A stretch of 64,000 bases of DNA from Octopus sinensis (taxonomy: Eukaryota), in contig NC_042999.1 in assembly GCF_006345805.1 (NCBI RefSeq), positions 67,084,001-67,148,000 of the forward strand, written 5' to 3'. Below the pieces are notes generated by a model, which saw nothing but the letters and a program-made list of their open reading frames with translations, made no database searches and was not told the origin of the DNA. This document shows positions 11,660 through 27,130 of the stretch, one piece after another; positions within the stretch are counted from its first letter, which is position 1, and each line of letters opens with the position of its first letter. A program made the translations under genes and the position numbers.

Positions 11660-12863
11660 GTGAGTATTTACAAGTATTTTAAGCAAAACACTTGCTATAT
11701 TAGATCAGCGGCCCTACCCAAAACTTTGAACTTTTCGTCTGCCTGTCTTCTTCTTCTTTTTCTTTCTTTCTTTTTTCTTTTCTTTCTTCTCCCTTCTTTC
11801 TTCTCCCTTCTTCACCACCACATCAGGCTAACGTTGCCCTTGTGGCAAATATTTAAACGATTATCATTGCAAAACAAAGTAAAGAAATCATTAGTTGTAA
11901 AGTTACAACGAAAGACTGATCCTTAATAAAAACATGAATGCATATGTATATGTCTATATATGTATATATATTTATCTGTGTGTGTGTGTGTGTAGGTATG
12001 TATGTAGTACTACAGTGGAAGCCACTTATTGTGATCACTTTGAGGGCACGGTCTGGCTTTTTTTTTATAGATAACCGGTTGATATGATTAAGAGGGGGGG
12101 GATATAAATTTTTGAAGGTGTTCGGACCAGCTATTTTTTTTTTTATAACTATCACTTGATGGTACTTTGATTACCTTATCCGCGAATGTAATAAGCAGCT
12201 CTCATTGTATTCACAAACTAAAACCAAAGTGAACAACATATAACGGCTTTTATTAACTGTGACCAAACGATGAGTTTTGAGACAATCTTGAAATCATATA
12301 TATATATATATATATGTATATACATACACACATAAAAAAAATAATAAGTGCGTATTAGAAAGTATAGGGAAAACAAGCATAAAAATATTTCGAAACATGT
12401 TTTCTTTTAATGTATGATAAAAAAAAAATGTCTTGAGAAATTTAATTTATTGCATTATCTTTTACCTTTTGTTTTAAATTATATTAATCATTACAGATGT
12501 TATCTCAATCGAATTAACCCTTGTTGGGCTTCACTCTTCGATTTATTGATACGCTCTCTATCTCTCTCTCTCCCTCTGGCACCGGCTACTACACGCCGGT
12601 TGGGAACTCCCGGGTTAGCCTCTACATACAAACACACACATTACGCGCACACACAAACGCACTCATATATATATATAACTAGAACAGTGTCGACTGTGAT
12701 TTCGAAGTTTCAGCCTGCTTAGCCTTGATCGGAGGCCGAAACTTCGAAGTCGTCTGTCAACATGATTCTTGCTAATTAATAATTATTTAACCTACATAAA
12801 GTATTGGGTAATCCTTCAGTTTAATGCAAAATTGTGCTTATCATGAACTCGACACAAAAACAC

Positions 12864-12919
<56 letters not shown>

Positions 12920-13630
12920 ATATATTAATGATTGGTAGGGAAGAAATAATTTGGGAGTGTATGTATAGCCCAAATCCATTTTACAATTTGTGTTGTTAAA
13001 GGTTGGCCACCTTTAAAGACTTTCTTGATATAACTTAGGATATTTCTTATTAACGGCCGTGACTTGGCAAAATCGATAGAGACCTTGACTGATTAAATGC
13101 CTCTGTGATTGTTTTAATCCTGTTCTACTTTTCTGGGTTTTTAATCCTTCTGAGATCAAGTCAAATATGGGTCTTTTCAATGACCGGTAACAATAAGTAC
13201 CTGTTGTTAGTGTTGCTGAGCCACAGGTTTACTTCTGCTCGAACCGAAGAGACGTGATCAAATGCGTTCCAGCCGTTAGGAAACCGTCCCTTTTTTTTCT
13301 TCTTTTTTTCTCAGATATAGCATATCTAACGCTTCGTTATTAGATGTGCCCTTCCTGTTTGTAAGGTGTCAAGGTTTGTTTTGATCGAGATTTGGTTGCT
13401 AAAGTATAACGTCCCTCATAGGACCGTGTTCGTAGAGAGACCTGCTTCTCACTGAGAAATCTTATTTTAGGCTTAACAAACAATATTCTTGCTGGAAATT
13501 CGAAATTCCAACCATACCTTTGAAACTAGGATGTAGTTTGATAGATACAATATATATATATATATATATATATAATCTGTAGATATAAAATTTATATATA
13601 TGTATATATGCATGTCTGTCTATACATATA

Positions 13631-13695
<65 letters not shown>

Positions 13696-16453
13696 ACACA
13701 AACACACACAATATTATTCTAATATATTCTTTGATTTGGGTTTTTGTGTTCCTCTTTTACATTATTCATGTAGCTCTGCTTTCAAATCCATTGAGTCCTT
13801 GAGTAAACCTTTTTTTTTTTCACTGAAATGAATTCTTGTTTTATTTGAAATATATTTATCCTAGTGTTTGTAAGTGAATAAACTCATCTATCTTTAATAT
13901 CTAATTTATTAATTAGATTTTTTTTTTTTAGATATTCCTATTTAAATTAAAATACCATTTCTCTTCTAAACGATTATTTTTAGATGTTACTAATTCTTAT
14001 GAAAACCTTTCCAGTCACTCTTGTAATATGTTTTGAAATTCTAGTTCTTGTTCTTCGATTTGTTATAGATTTAAAAAAAAACGATCAAGTCTTCTAAAAC
14101 AACACAACTAAACGCCTCTGTCTTGTCAGCTCTTGTTATTTCCAAGTCAATTCGGTTTCTGCATTCTTCCTTTTCTTGATTTTCTTCTTTCTCTCTATCT
14201 CTATCATTCAGTATTGCTATTTAAACCTCAGGTCAACAAAACTGCTATTCAAAGAACTATGATGAAAAGCATTCCAGCCAGTTAAAGAGATATCTTTAAA
14301 AAATTTTTTTTAAATAGCCCACCCCTTTTCCACAACTGTAGGATGTGATCTGAAGGAACTTTGGCTGTTATTTCTAGCATGCTCAGTGACCATTTAGCGG
14401 TTCCCCCCTTTGCAGTATCTCATTCAGTATTATTTGTTAATAGCGGTAATAGCAGCAGCCGAAGAAGAACAAGGAGAAGACGTGGTAGTAGCGGCTGTAT
14501 TTCTTTCTTTTTCTTCATCCTCTTTTATCCTTACAAAGAATTCCTTTAGATGGCTGGCTATTTTGATTTCCATCACGGAGCAATAGACTTCACATGTAAG
14601 CAATCATCGCTAGAAATACAACTGTCCCCTTCTGCTATATTCATTTCATTTTACTGAATGCCAAAGCGGGTGTGGTAGGAGAAACCCTTTTAAACAAGCA
14701 ATTCATTTATTATTGGGGGTTTCATATTTTTTTAAGGTTCTATTTATAACATTCTTCTGCATCAAAATTTATTTTGACACTTTTTTTATTTGCTTTTATT
14801 AGTTTTAAGTTTTGTTGCTTTCAACATCCCCCTCCGTTCTCTTTATTAATTCCATCTTCACTTTTCCGCAAAAAAAAAAAAAATCATATCAAAGAAAAAA
14901 TTACTAAAAACTAAGGAAAAGAAAAGAAACAGGCATTAACATATTAAGCAAATTTAAAATTCTGGTGTAATTCTACGAGTTTAAGCATTGTTAGGAAAAG
15001 CACAAAGGTCCAAGATTTATGTATCAAAACACATTAAAAAGCCAATGAGAGAACCTCTACGTGGTCGCTCGATCTATTAGAAACACTAACTAAATCTCTT
15101 CAAATCACACATACTGACTTGAAAAAATAAATAAATAAAACGCGTTGGATAACAAGCTCTTGGGGGGTCAGTTCCTTGCATATGAGAAAAGATGGGATGG
15201 TCTCGGTTGGAATGCTTTTGATTAAAATTCTGCTCGGTCAATATAGGCACGGGACTTGGAAATAATATGCCCCTTTTGTAAGAATTAAACAATAAACCCC
15301 TCTTTTGTTATCGTAGACACTAGAAGTGTCTGGGATGCTATCCTGTTGAAAACCCCGAATTTTCCTGAGTTCATCTTGAAGCCATAGCAATGTAAATAAA
15401 TCCTATCAGGATTTATTTACATTACCATTTTAAGAACTAGCAAGAAAGCATCAACGGTCTACGACGACCATGATACCTGCTAGAAAAAGCAGCTAAATTT
15501 CTCACAACTCGCTCTCCTTACTGGCTTAGAATATCGAAGGATATACTGTATTATGCTATTCTAAATAATGTGTGGCTAAAAAAAAAGAAAAAGAAAACAA
15601 ATGACTGGACGGTGATAATCGGGATGTTTCTGATCTGCTGTTTCCATTTTCCACTTTATCTCTACTGTTAACTTCACACACACAGATTTGGGTGAAACAA
15701 GGAAATGTTTTACTCTCAAGTTAGCCTTGATTGAGCGGAACTGGATCAAAATCATTCCAACCATGACCATCTCGTCTCCTTACTACACCTTATGCGTCTA
15801 GGACCATGTTAATCCAATGTGTCCCTTTCTAGTTTAAGGAGTGTTGGGTCTAATTTGTGAGAGATTTTCATTTTTCTAGCAAGTTGAGTGCCCACATGGA
15901 TGAGCTGTTACCAACCTGGGCCCACAGATCGCTAGGGATCCATAAAGTTAGTACAGGGCATCTGTAGGCTGTATTCAAAATTTTAAAAGGCTACAGTGTA
16001 AATTGAAGTGGGGGAAATGGTTACTGTTTGATAATCCAAATAGCTTATTGAGTATCCTTTTAGGCTGGGAGACTATGGAAGAATTCATTTAACCCTTTAG
16101 CATACAAATTATTCTGTTAAATGTAATCGTTACTTGCTCACATTGTTTTCAATTAATTTTGCATCACCTTGTAGCCTTCACATTTGAATGGTGTGACTGC
16201 TTATCTTTCAAATGATATTGTAAGGTAGGTGTGAGAAGCTGGATCTAGCAGGAAGAATATTTTGGTCTGATATGGCTGGTTTAAATGCTAAAGGGTTACA
16301 TGGAAGGGTGTGTTGGTACTAAAGTGTTTGACAACTACTGATAAAGGCACTCCTTCACTGACTGCAGACAAGTACTGAGGATGATTACTTAGCTATACAC
16401 ATCTACTAAAGTGCTGTGGTCCTATGCTTATGGTAGATACTTTTATTATTATT

Positions 16454-17005
16454 GAGTGAGAGAGCAGTGCATGCCATCAAAGTGACACTGGGGTAAAATA
16501 TACAAAGCCCAATATACCCATCATGATTACCCGTCTGATAAGGGTTCACCACATGCATCACAAACATATGTGCGCGACATGGTGATCTCATATCAAGATA
16601 AACAGCACATGACCTTGCAGGTGGGGCCCAGTTAGAATTTTCTTCTGGTCGAGTAGCCCATCTCGCTCAAAAGGTCCCTGAATAAGGGTTGCTTAAGGAT
16701 GTTGAATGAAACACCCATGTTTCCAAAGGTGAATTATCCAAACCCCCAAGAATTCCTCTCAACACATGGCTATGATGCTCCCCCACTACTCCTGTTCATG
16801 ATCAGAGATGCACATATCGTCAGCCACTAAGGGACATGCTCAACTGATTAATGGCAAACAACTGACAAGCAAATCTGTGGTATTGAGTAGAATATTTGCT
16901 GTAGCCCATCTTTTATACCAAGACAAAACAATGTACATGATAACACTTCCTATCAGTTAAGATCTGCAGCCATGAGAGCCACTGCCTGGTACTGCATCAA
17001 GGCAT
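16454..17005 (-). mobile_element. Family E ~550-bp element embedded in (TAA)n
   Basis: Reverse complement of 60197-60739; flanked by (ATT)n on both sides; no tRNA head, no TIRs. Confidence 0.75.
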
Positions 17006-18554
17006 TTATTATTATTATTATTATTATTATTCTTGTAAAAGCAGCAAGCAGGCAAAATCATAAGCATGCCAGACAAAATGCTTTGTTGTATTTCTTCCAG
17101 TTTTATATTCTGAGTTCAAATCCCACCAAGGTCGGCTTTGCTTTTCATCATTTCAGAGTCAATAGAATAAGTACCAGTTGAGTACTGGGGTTGATGTAAT
17201 CGACTTACCCACTTCCTTGAGGTTGCTGGCCTTGTGCCAAATTCTGAAGTCATTATTGATGCTCTCATAACAAGCAGTGAGCAGGCAGAATGGTTACAAC
17301 ACTGGACAAAGTGCATCATAGTATTTCTTCTGACTTTACATTCTGAGTTCAGATTCTGCCACTGTCAACTTTGCCTTTCATCTTTCTGGGGTCAATAAAA
17401 TAAGTACCAGTTGAATACTGGGGTTGATGTAATTGACTCTCCCCCAATTGCCGGGCCTTGTGCCAATAGTAGAAAGAATTATTAGTGTTGTCATAGACTG
17501 TGAGTTGGCAGAATGATTAGTGCATCAGAAAAAAATGCCTTATGGTATTTCTTTTGCTGCCTTAATTAACCCTTTCATAACCAGCCCAGCTGAAACTTGC
17601 TCTGAGTACAAATGTCTTGTTTCCATAAGTTTTTAATTAAAATCTTCCACCAAACCTTAGTCACAATTTATGTTCCTAATATGAGCTTAATGATAACTAA
17701 ATTATTTTACTAAAGTAATTGAAAGAAACGCAGAGCATCTCAAAATAAATACATTAACAAAAAGGTTAAATACTGAATTCAAATCTTGTTGGGGCCAGTT
17801 TTGCCTTCCATCCCTCTGGGGTTTATAAAACAAAGTACCAATCTAATACTGTGGAGGCACATGGCTTAATGGTTAGGGTGTTGGGCTTGAGATCATAAAA
17901 TTGTAGTTTCGATTCCTGGACCTGGTGACACGTGTTCTTGAGCAAAACACTTCATTTCACGTTGCTCCAGTCCACTCAGCTGGCAAAATTGAGTAATCCT
18001 GTGATGGATCAGCATTCCATCCAGGGACAAATATATACACCAGAGAAACTAGGAAACCAGCCCTATGCTCCTTACAGAGTAATGTGGACTTATCAACCTC
18101 CAATCTAATAATACTGGTCCTCCCCACTCCCCTCAAATTTGCTAGCTTTGTGTCTGTCTTTAATCTTTAACTTTGTTTTAACCATTTGACTGTGGCCATG
18201 CTGGGGCACTGCCTCAGTTTTAGTAAAATGAATCAACCCAGGACTACCATTTTTTAAGCTTGGTACTAATTCTGTTGGTCTCTTTTGCCAAAATGATGTG
18301 TGGTGGTGGTGGAGGTGACAAACAGACACATACACACACACACACTCATAGATATGTACATATACATGTATATCAAGGGCTTTTCCAGTTTCCATCTACC
18401 AAATCTACTAACAAGGCTTTGGTCGGCCTGAGGCTATAGTAGAAGACACTTGCCCAAGGTGCCACACAGTTAGACTGAACCATGTGATTGGGAAGCAAGC
18501 TTCTTATCACCCAGCCATGCCTGTGCCTATAAATCAGAAACAATTATTAATATT

Positions 18555-18782
18555 AGGCGAGCTGGTAGAAACGTTAGCACGTTGGCAAAATGCTTAGCGG
18601 TATTTCATCTGCTGCTACGTTCTGAGTTCAAATTCCGCTGAGGTTGACTTAGCCTTTCATCTTTTTGGGGTCGTTTAAATAAGTACTAGTTACACACTTG
18701 GGTCGATGTAATCAACTTAATCCGTTTGTCTCTCCTTGTTTGTCCCCTCTATGTTTAGCCACTTGTGGGCAATAAAGAAATA
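18555..18782 (+). mobile_element. SINE family A long tail
   Basis: TSD ag(a/t)aacaattattaatatt (18536-18554 / 18783-18801). Confidence 0.85.
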
Positions 18783-19216
18783 AGTAACAATTATTAATAT
18801 TTTTTAGAAAACTAATTCTAAAAAGGTACAACCCATTTTCTTCCTTATTCTACAGTATTTTATGTGGCCAACCAATTACATTTAACATCATCTAACTGTG
18901 GTACATATTAAATTATTGAAACATTTGTTAATCACATGTAAAGTTTTTAAATTTATGGCTATGATCAAGATGTTTGCTTCCCAACAACATGGTTTGGGGT
19001 TCAGTCCCACTGTGTGGTACCTTGGGCAGGTGTATTCCACTAAAGTATTGGGTCAACAAAAGTCTTGTGAGTGTATTTGGTGGACAGAAGTTCATGTGTG
19101 TGTGTGTGTATGTATGAGGTGGGTGCTGAAAAGTTCTAGGTTTAAAAGACATAAAAAGAGCTGTTACTTTTACAAGTGGGGTAGGACAACTATTTATATG
19201 TATGTATGCATAATTA

Positions 19217-19586
19217 TCTCTCTATATATAAGCAGCAAAATATCTGTCTGTGTGTGTGTTCTTTATACAAATCCACAATTTTTCAGTTAGAGGGCTCGCA
19301 CTTTCTATGGTCATTCAAAACCGTCCAAGGGTGGTCGTGCACTTCTTTACATTTCCCCAGTCACCCCGCAAAGCCATTAAAAAAAATCAATAGAAGTGAC
19401 TTTTTTGTGAATTTTCTATCCAAAACCCAATCAAAATGCCCGAAACTTGATACGCCAATTGAATGCCAGCTAGCTGTACGTGATTGGTCGGAGATTTGGG
19501 CAGTACTCGCGTGTATGTGCGCACGCACGCAGCTGTATATGCATGCACTAGCACTATGACCTGACATTGCCGGGTCATAGTGCTAG
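19217..19586 (+). mobile_element. Non-autonomous Helitron, family H2
   Basis: A|TC start; terminal hairpin ctagcactatgacc...ggtcatagtgCTAG|T. Confidence 0.8.
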
Positions 19587-19587
19587 T

Positions 19588-19928
19588 ATAAGGTGTGTTA
19601 TGAGGATTTATAGAACATGTATCCTATAGAAACTCAACAAGATGTTAAAAATTTGAAAATAATTTAATCCAGTCATGATTGTTTTGAACAGCAATATTAA
19701 CATGTAACATGGTAGAAAAATTAGAAATTAATTTAATTAAAATCAAATTAATTACATACTACTGTAATATGTAATTAATTTAATTTTAATTAAATTAATT
19801 TCTAATTTTTCTACCATGTTATTTACATATCAATATTGCTGTTCTAAACGATCGTATGACTGGATTAAATTATTTTCAGATTTTTAACATCCTGTTGAGT
19901 CTCTATAAATCTTCATAACACTCCTTAT
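19588..19928. repeat. Foldback (near-perfect ~341-bp inverted repeat)
   Basis: Arms ~19588-19758 and 19768-19928 are reverse complements with few indels; 9-nt loop. Confidence 0.85.
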
Positions 19929-20161
19929 CCTTGTATCATTTTCATATTCATACAACAGCAAGCTACTGATGAAATGTGAAGAATCTTTATTAGAAATTGC
20001 CCTTTGGAACCGTCCAAATTAAAGGATGAAATAGAATTCAACCTTTTTTCACATGTGTGTGTATTTTAAAACTGATGTAATACTTACAGGGTTTAATAAA
20101 ATGAAAGTATCATGAAACAATTGTACTACTCTACCTTGGATATCCTTGTTGCTTATTTTGA

Positions 20162-21237
<1,076 letters not shown>

Positions 21238-23726
21238 CATCATCACCGTTGTTTAATGTCCATTTCCATGCATGCATGGCCAAGTAGAAAATCTACCCAA
21301 GGCTACTGTGTCTGTTTTGGCAGGGATTTTACAGCTGGATGCCCTTCCTAATACCAACCACTCCGCAGAGTGGACTCAGTGCTTTTTATGTGGCACTAGC
21401 ACAGGCAAAATTAGTTTTGGCAAGATTTTTACAGCTGGATGCCCTTCCAGATACCAACCATGTTACAGTATTGATTGGATGCTTTTATCTTGGCACCAGC
21501 ACTGGCAGGGTAACCAAGTAATTCACAAGACAGGGAATTATTGGAGGGGCAGGGCATTTGTGTCAGAGGGTCAAAGTTTAGATTGTGATAAAGAAACAGA
21601 AGCAGATGTATTGCTGCAACAGAGGGGGCATTAGAAGAGGAGATCCAATATCAAATGATGAAAGGTTAGAGTTTAACAGAGAAATAGAGAGGCAGAAATA
21701 GATGTCTTGCTCTAGAGAAGGTACATGATTACCCAGAGAGAGAGAGAGTATTTCTTTATTCACCATAAGGTTGAGAAAAAGAGTGGACAATATGAGAACA
21801 GACAAAACAAACATTGGGGTCAGGGTATCGAATGAGACAAAACGTATGAATAAACAAACAAAATATATACAATTAAATGAGAATGAGTGATTAACAAAAA
21901 ATGAAGCGGAGGACGCGGTTGACCCCACAAACCACATACTCACACTGAAGACTTTGCTCTCTCATTTAAACAGGTTCTTTCACTCGCAACATACTTGATA
22001 TATACTTCCATCTTTTACGAAACACACTTTGCAGAGAGGTATGGTGATACTTGGTTACCTAGTCAGAGGAAAAACAAGAAGAGAGAGAGAGAGAGAGAGT
22101 AAACAAAGTGAAAGAGAGTGAATAGGAAACAGCAAAACTGTTAGAGAGAGAGCAAAAGAGAGATGGTGTAGTGCTAGGGTTTACTCACAAGTAACAAGAA
22201 TATGAACGTAAAACCTGGTTAGAAAAATAGGGGGTGGGTATGGGTGTTAGGGATTTGGGGAGCAGTGATACAGTGAGCATGGTTTGAGGGCATAATGTAT
22301 GAAGAGGAAATATGAGGAAGAGAAAGGTGCAATTAGAAGAGGAGGAGTTGTAGTTTGATTTCTTAGGGTATGCATACATACATACATACAAATAGTTGTC
22401 CTACCTCTCTTGTAAAGGTAACAGCTCTGTTCTTTTGATACCCTTAAAGCCAGGAACTTTTCAGTACCCCCTTATGTATGTGTACACATGTGTTTGTGTG
22501 TTTGTCTCCTTGGATTGATATTATGATAGTTGTAAACGAGTGTCATTGTTATACAAGTGGTGTCCTTCGTTTTCGACCTAGCACTGAAACATGTCCAGGC
22601 AAGTTCATTTGGCTATGGGAAAAAAAAGCTTCCTCAAGAATTTCCTTCTGACACATGCAAGCATGGAAAATTAGACATTAAACCAGTGATAATGTTGATG
22701 AAAAATCAATTTTTGTTTTGCAAAAATAGACATTCCTCTCTATGGAAACAGTTTCTTTAAGAATATTTAGTTTTTTAATTGAAAAAAAAAACAAGAAAGA
22801 ATCTCATTCTTTTATTCTACCTTTGAAAAAAGAAATGCGCCCTCTATGCAAAATTCCAGCACAGAAGAACTAGAGCTTTCAACTGAGATGTTGGATGGAT
22901 GGATGGATACATACATACACACACATGTATATACATGTATGCATGCATACATAAACATTCTCTCACACTATTTTATATATGATAACATTTTTTTAATTAC
23001 TATATATTTATAGATATAAAATGTATATGTATATATATATATATATCACAAACATATATGTGTGTGCGTGTATGTATGCACATATATATATATATTTATG
23101 TGTATGTTTGTCAGTATATGTGTAGAAACCATATCCATATGTTTAATAAATATATGGCTTTTAGTAACCTGGAATTCAGTTCGATCCCCATTTCAAGTTT
23201 TTCAAGGTCCCTGTGGTTTAATCATGGCTACTATTTTCACAGTGAAATCAGTGTATGTTTATTAAACATATGGATATGACTCTATATACATATTTGCTCA
23301 TGACCCATGTTGTTCTAGTGCTCTACAGCTGTAGAAGCCATGTAAAAGAGTGGTGCTGTTAAGCAAGGGGCAAGTTAGTCACAAATTTAACTAGGAATTT
23401 AACATGCATGTAGGTGTCCAGCAGGGTTGATTCTCAGCCCCTTTCTGTTTATTTATAGTTCTAGAGAATGTAACGGATGGGATGACGTCTGGCTGTCCAT
23501 GGAAACTTATGTATGTTAGTAACCTAGTTCAGTAAGAGAATTAGAGGAAAATTTCCAACTTGAATGCAATCTTTTTTGAATAAGTCCAAGATCTTTGGTA
23601 ACTAGCATCAAAGCCAGACAGTTGTTGTGCTGATGAGGGCTGTTGAGCAGTGTGGTTCAGAAGTTGCTTACTAACCATGTGCTTGTGAGTTCAGCCCTAC
23701 TGGGCAATATCTTTTACAACAGTACC

Positions 23727-23947
23727 TATTTCTTTACTACCCACAAGGGGCTAAACAGAGAGGACAAACAAACGGATTAAGTCAATTATATCGACCCCAG
23801 TGCGTAACTGGTACTTATTTTATTGACCCCGAAAGGATGAAAGGCAAAGTCGACCACGGCGGAATTTGAACTCAGAACGTAGCGGCAGACGAAATACCGC
23901 TAAGCATTCTGTTCGGCATGCTAATGTTTCTGCCAGCTCGCCGCCTT
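23727..23947 (-). mobile_element. SINE family A long tail
   Basis: TSD aacagtacc (23718-23726 / 23948-23956). Confidence 0.85.
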
Positions 23948-24285
23948 AACAGTACCAGGCCAATATGAAGCCTTCAGAGTGGATTTGGTCAATGGAAGCC
24001 GAAAGAAACCTATTGTATGTATGTAAGTATGTATGCATGCATGCATATGTGTTTGTGTGACTCCTCATCTTGACATAGTTGTAAATGTCATACAAGTGGT
24101 ATCATTTGTTTCCAATCTCCCATGGCAGCATCTCCAGCCATGGGGAAATTTACCTTACTTCGAAACAAGCAAGGGTCGGTAACAGTAAGGGCATCGAACC
24201 GTTGACCAATTGAAACATCAAGAGGTGTCCACAACGAGAGGTAAAACAATGATGATGTTCCAAGCTCCCTTGTTTTAGATGAGTA

Positions 24286-24338
<53 letters not shown>

Positions 24339-24875
24339 GTATATGTTTGTGTGTCTGTGTTTGTCCCCCAATATCGCTTGACAACCGATGCTGGTGTGTT
24401 TATGTCTCTGTAACTTAGCAGTTCGGCAAAAGAGAGTGATAGAATAAGTACTAGGCATCCAAAGAATAAGTCCTGGGGTCAATTTGCTCAACGAAAGGCG
24501 ACTCTCCAGCATGGCCGCAGTCAAATTACTGAAACAAGTAAAAGAGTAAAGAGTATATCATCATCCTCATCGTTTAACGTCCGTTTTCCATGCTAGCATG
24601 GGTTGGACGAGTCGACCGGGGTCTGGGAAGCCAGGAGGCTGCACCAGGCTCTAGTCTGATCTGGCAGTGTTTCTACAGCTGGATGCCCTTCCTAACGCCA
24701 ACCATTCTGAGAGTGTAGTGGGTGCTTTTTACATGCCACCGGCACAGGTGCCAGGGGAGGCTGGCAAACGGTCAGTTGGTGCTTTTAAGTGTCACTGATA
24801 CGGATGCCAGCTAGGCGGCGCTGGCATCTGCCATGTTCATATGGTGCTTTTAACGTGTCACCGGCACAGGTATCT

Positions 24876-24978
<103 letters not shown>

Positions 24979-26179
24979 TGTGTGTGTGTGTGTTTTACAG
25001 CTGGATGCCTTTCTTGCATTTATTTGTCATTGGAAGTACAATGCTCAAGGGTTATTTATTGACAGAATGTGCCAACAAAACGTTACCATTTTTTGCCAAC
25101 TTTCATCTGAGAGAACACATGTAAGCATTTACTCAGACAAGTACACACACATGATGGGTTTCCATACAGTTTCCATCTACCAGCTGCATTCACTAAGCAT
25201 TAGTTGAGTTGAGGCTATAGAAGAAGACATTCAAGGTGTTATGCAGTGGGATAGAACTTGAGACCAGCTAGTAACAAAACAAATTCCATGTCCAGACAAC
25301 CATGCCCGTGCCTAAGCGTCAGTAGGAATTTTACTTGCGTGGATTTGAAGCTTGCTTCCTGACCATGTTTCAGGCTTAGTCCAACTGCATGTCACCTTGA
25401 CCTTGGGTAAGTGTCTTCTATTATAGCCCTTGTGAGTAGATTTAGTTGACAGAAATGGAAGCCTGTTGTGTGTTTATGCATGGACGCAGTTAGGGGGTAA
25501 ATCTCAGCTGTTTTCTCCTGAAGTATATCTGCTTATTCCTTTATTACAATTGATATGTATCTATAGTTTGTGTTGTATGTTAATAAGAATTGTTTCTCTA
25601 TTACATATTTTAAACCTTTTCTTACCATATTTCTGTTGAGATGCTCTGTATTTCTTTCAATTACTTTAAATATAACAAAGAATTTAGTAAAATAACTTAG
25701 TCATCATTAAGCTAGTGATAGGAACATGAATTGTGACTAAGGTTTGATGAAAGATTTTAATTCAGAACTTATTTAAACAAGACATTTGTACTCAGAGCCA
25801 GAGCTGGTTTCAGCCGGGTTGGTAACAAAAGGGTTAATCAAAATATATATTAAAATTGAGAATTATTGTATAACTAAGCAGGAAAATGGAAACAAATAAT
25901 ACCTACAAAATTTCCATTTTCCTGTTTTGCTATACACACACACAGAGTTATGTATGTGTGTGTGTGTGTGCATACATGTGTTGTAAATGTGTTGAGTTCA
26001 TTTCCATTTGTTTGTGGAAGACATGTCTGGCCATGGGGAAATATTACTTACCTTGAAACAGGTGAAGGTTGACAACAGGGAGATCATCTGGTTGTAGAAA
26101 ATCTGCCTCAACAAATTTCATCTGATCTATGCAGTCAGTGCAGATTAAAAGGATAACGATAATGACTCATCATTATTCT

Positions 26180-27130
26180 TTGGGTGCTTAAGAGATGCAG
26201 TGGCATCACATACAAGCTGGCAAACGACTTTGTATGTAGCAGATGCATGGGACTAGTTAGCAATAAACACAAACATGAAATGAATTCTTTCAAATTATTG
26301 AAAGGAAGCATTGAAGCAGTTGGCAGCTTCTGTTACCTAGGTGACCTAATCAGCGGTGGAGATGGGTATTCACACATCAAAATAGCCAGAGAAAGAACAA
26401 AGGTGGTAAAAATTCAGACAGCTATTACCTCTGCTGGCAACAAAGAGATTCTTTTTCTGAGTGACATGCCGATTATATGATGCATATGTGCATAGTGCAA
26501 CAATGCATATGGTATTGAATGTGGATAATGTGCAAAGAAATGAAGCCATCCATCCAAACTTCCATCCATCTATCTTCTCCACCCACTATTCCTAGGAGAG
26601 TTGTGGGGGGTAGAGTCCTCAGGCACCTTCTATCAAAAACAACCATCATTACATTCTTCTGCTGGATTCCCAAGAATAACCAACTCAGGCTATGAATATT
26701 ATCCAGCCATCTCATTCTTGGTCTACCCCTAGGTCAAGCTAAGCCAGGTAACAAGATGTTAGCTGGCTTAGCTTGAAGAACCTATCTTATGGTTCTTTTC
26801 AGTACCAGAGCTGTGAAAGTAAAATCTGGAACAAACATTCTAAATTGGACATGTGAATGATGGAGATGAATGAACTGGGAGAAAAACTGGTCGCAAGTAC
26901 AGTCAGTATGGAAATATGAATCGCGTTTAGGATGATTGTTAGGTAAAGAAGTGTTGAGCAATCCAAGTCGGAGGAACGCTGGGAAGAGGCAGACATGGGT
27001 TGTGGGGTGAAGGTTGATCTCAGGGTGTTGAACCTCATAAAGGTGATGACAAATGACTGCCTCGAGTGGCAAGACCAGTCCAACCCACACAAGCATGGAA
27101 AAAACACGATATCAAAAAAGACAATGCTGA
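26180..27130 (+). mobile_element. Decayed RTE LINE (two pieces, ~26180-26520 and ~26790-27130) split by an antisense RTE fragment
   Basis: KRCSGI..FVCSRC..EAVGSFCYLGD; GRGR..DLRVLNLIKVMTND; 3'UTR gtccaaccca..agcatggaaaa. Confidence 0.75.
26540..26735 (-). mobile_element. RTE-type LINE 3' fragment
   Basis: PRGRPRMRWLDNIH... with (GGAT)n-like tail. Confidence 0.65.

Noticed and set aside
11660-11926. Continuation of the 143-aa ORF past exon 1
   Set aside because: Read-through of the GTGAGT donor into pyrimidine-rich intron; no homology after residue 55.
14257-14355. C/D-box snoRNA-like ATGATGA...CTGA spacing
   Set aside because: Derived from a decayed SINE fragment; no terminal stem or recognisable guide.
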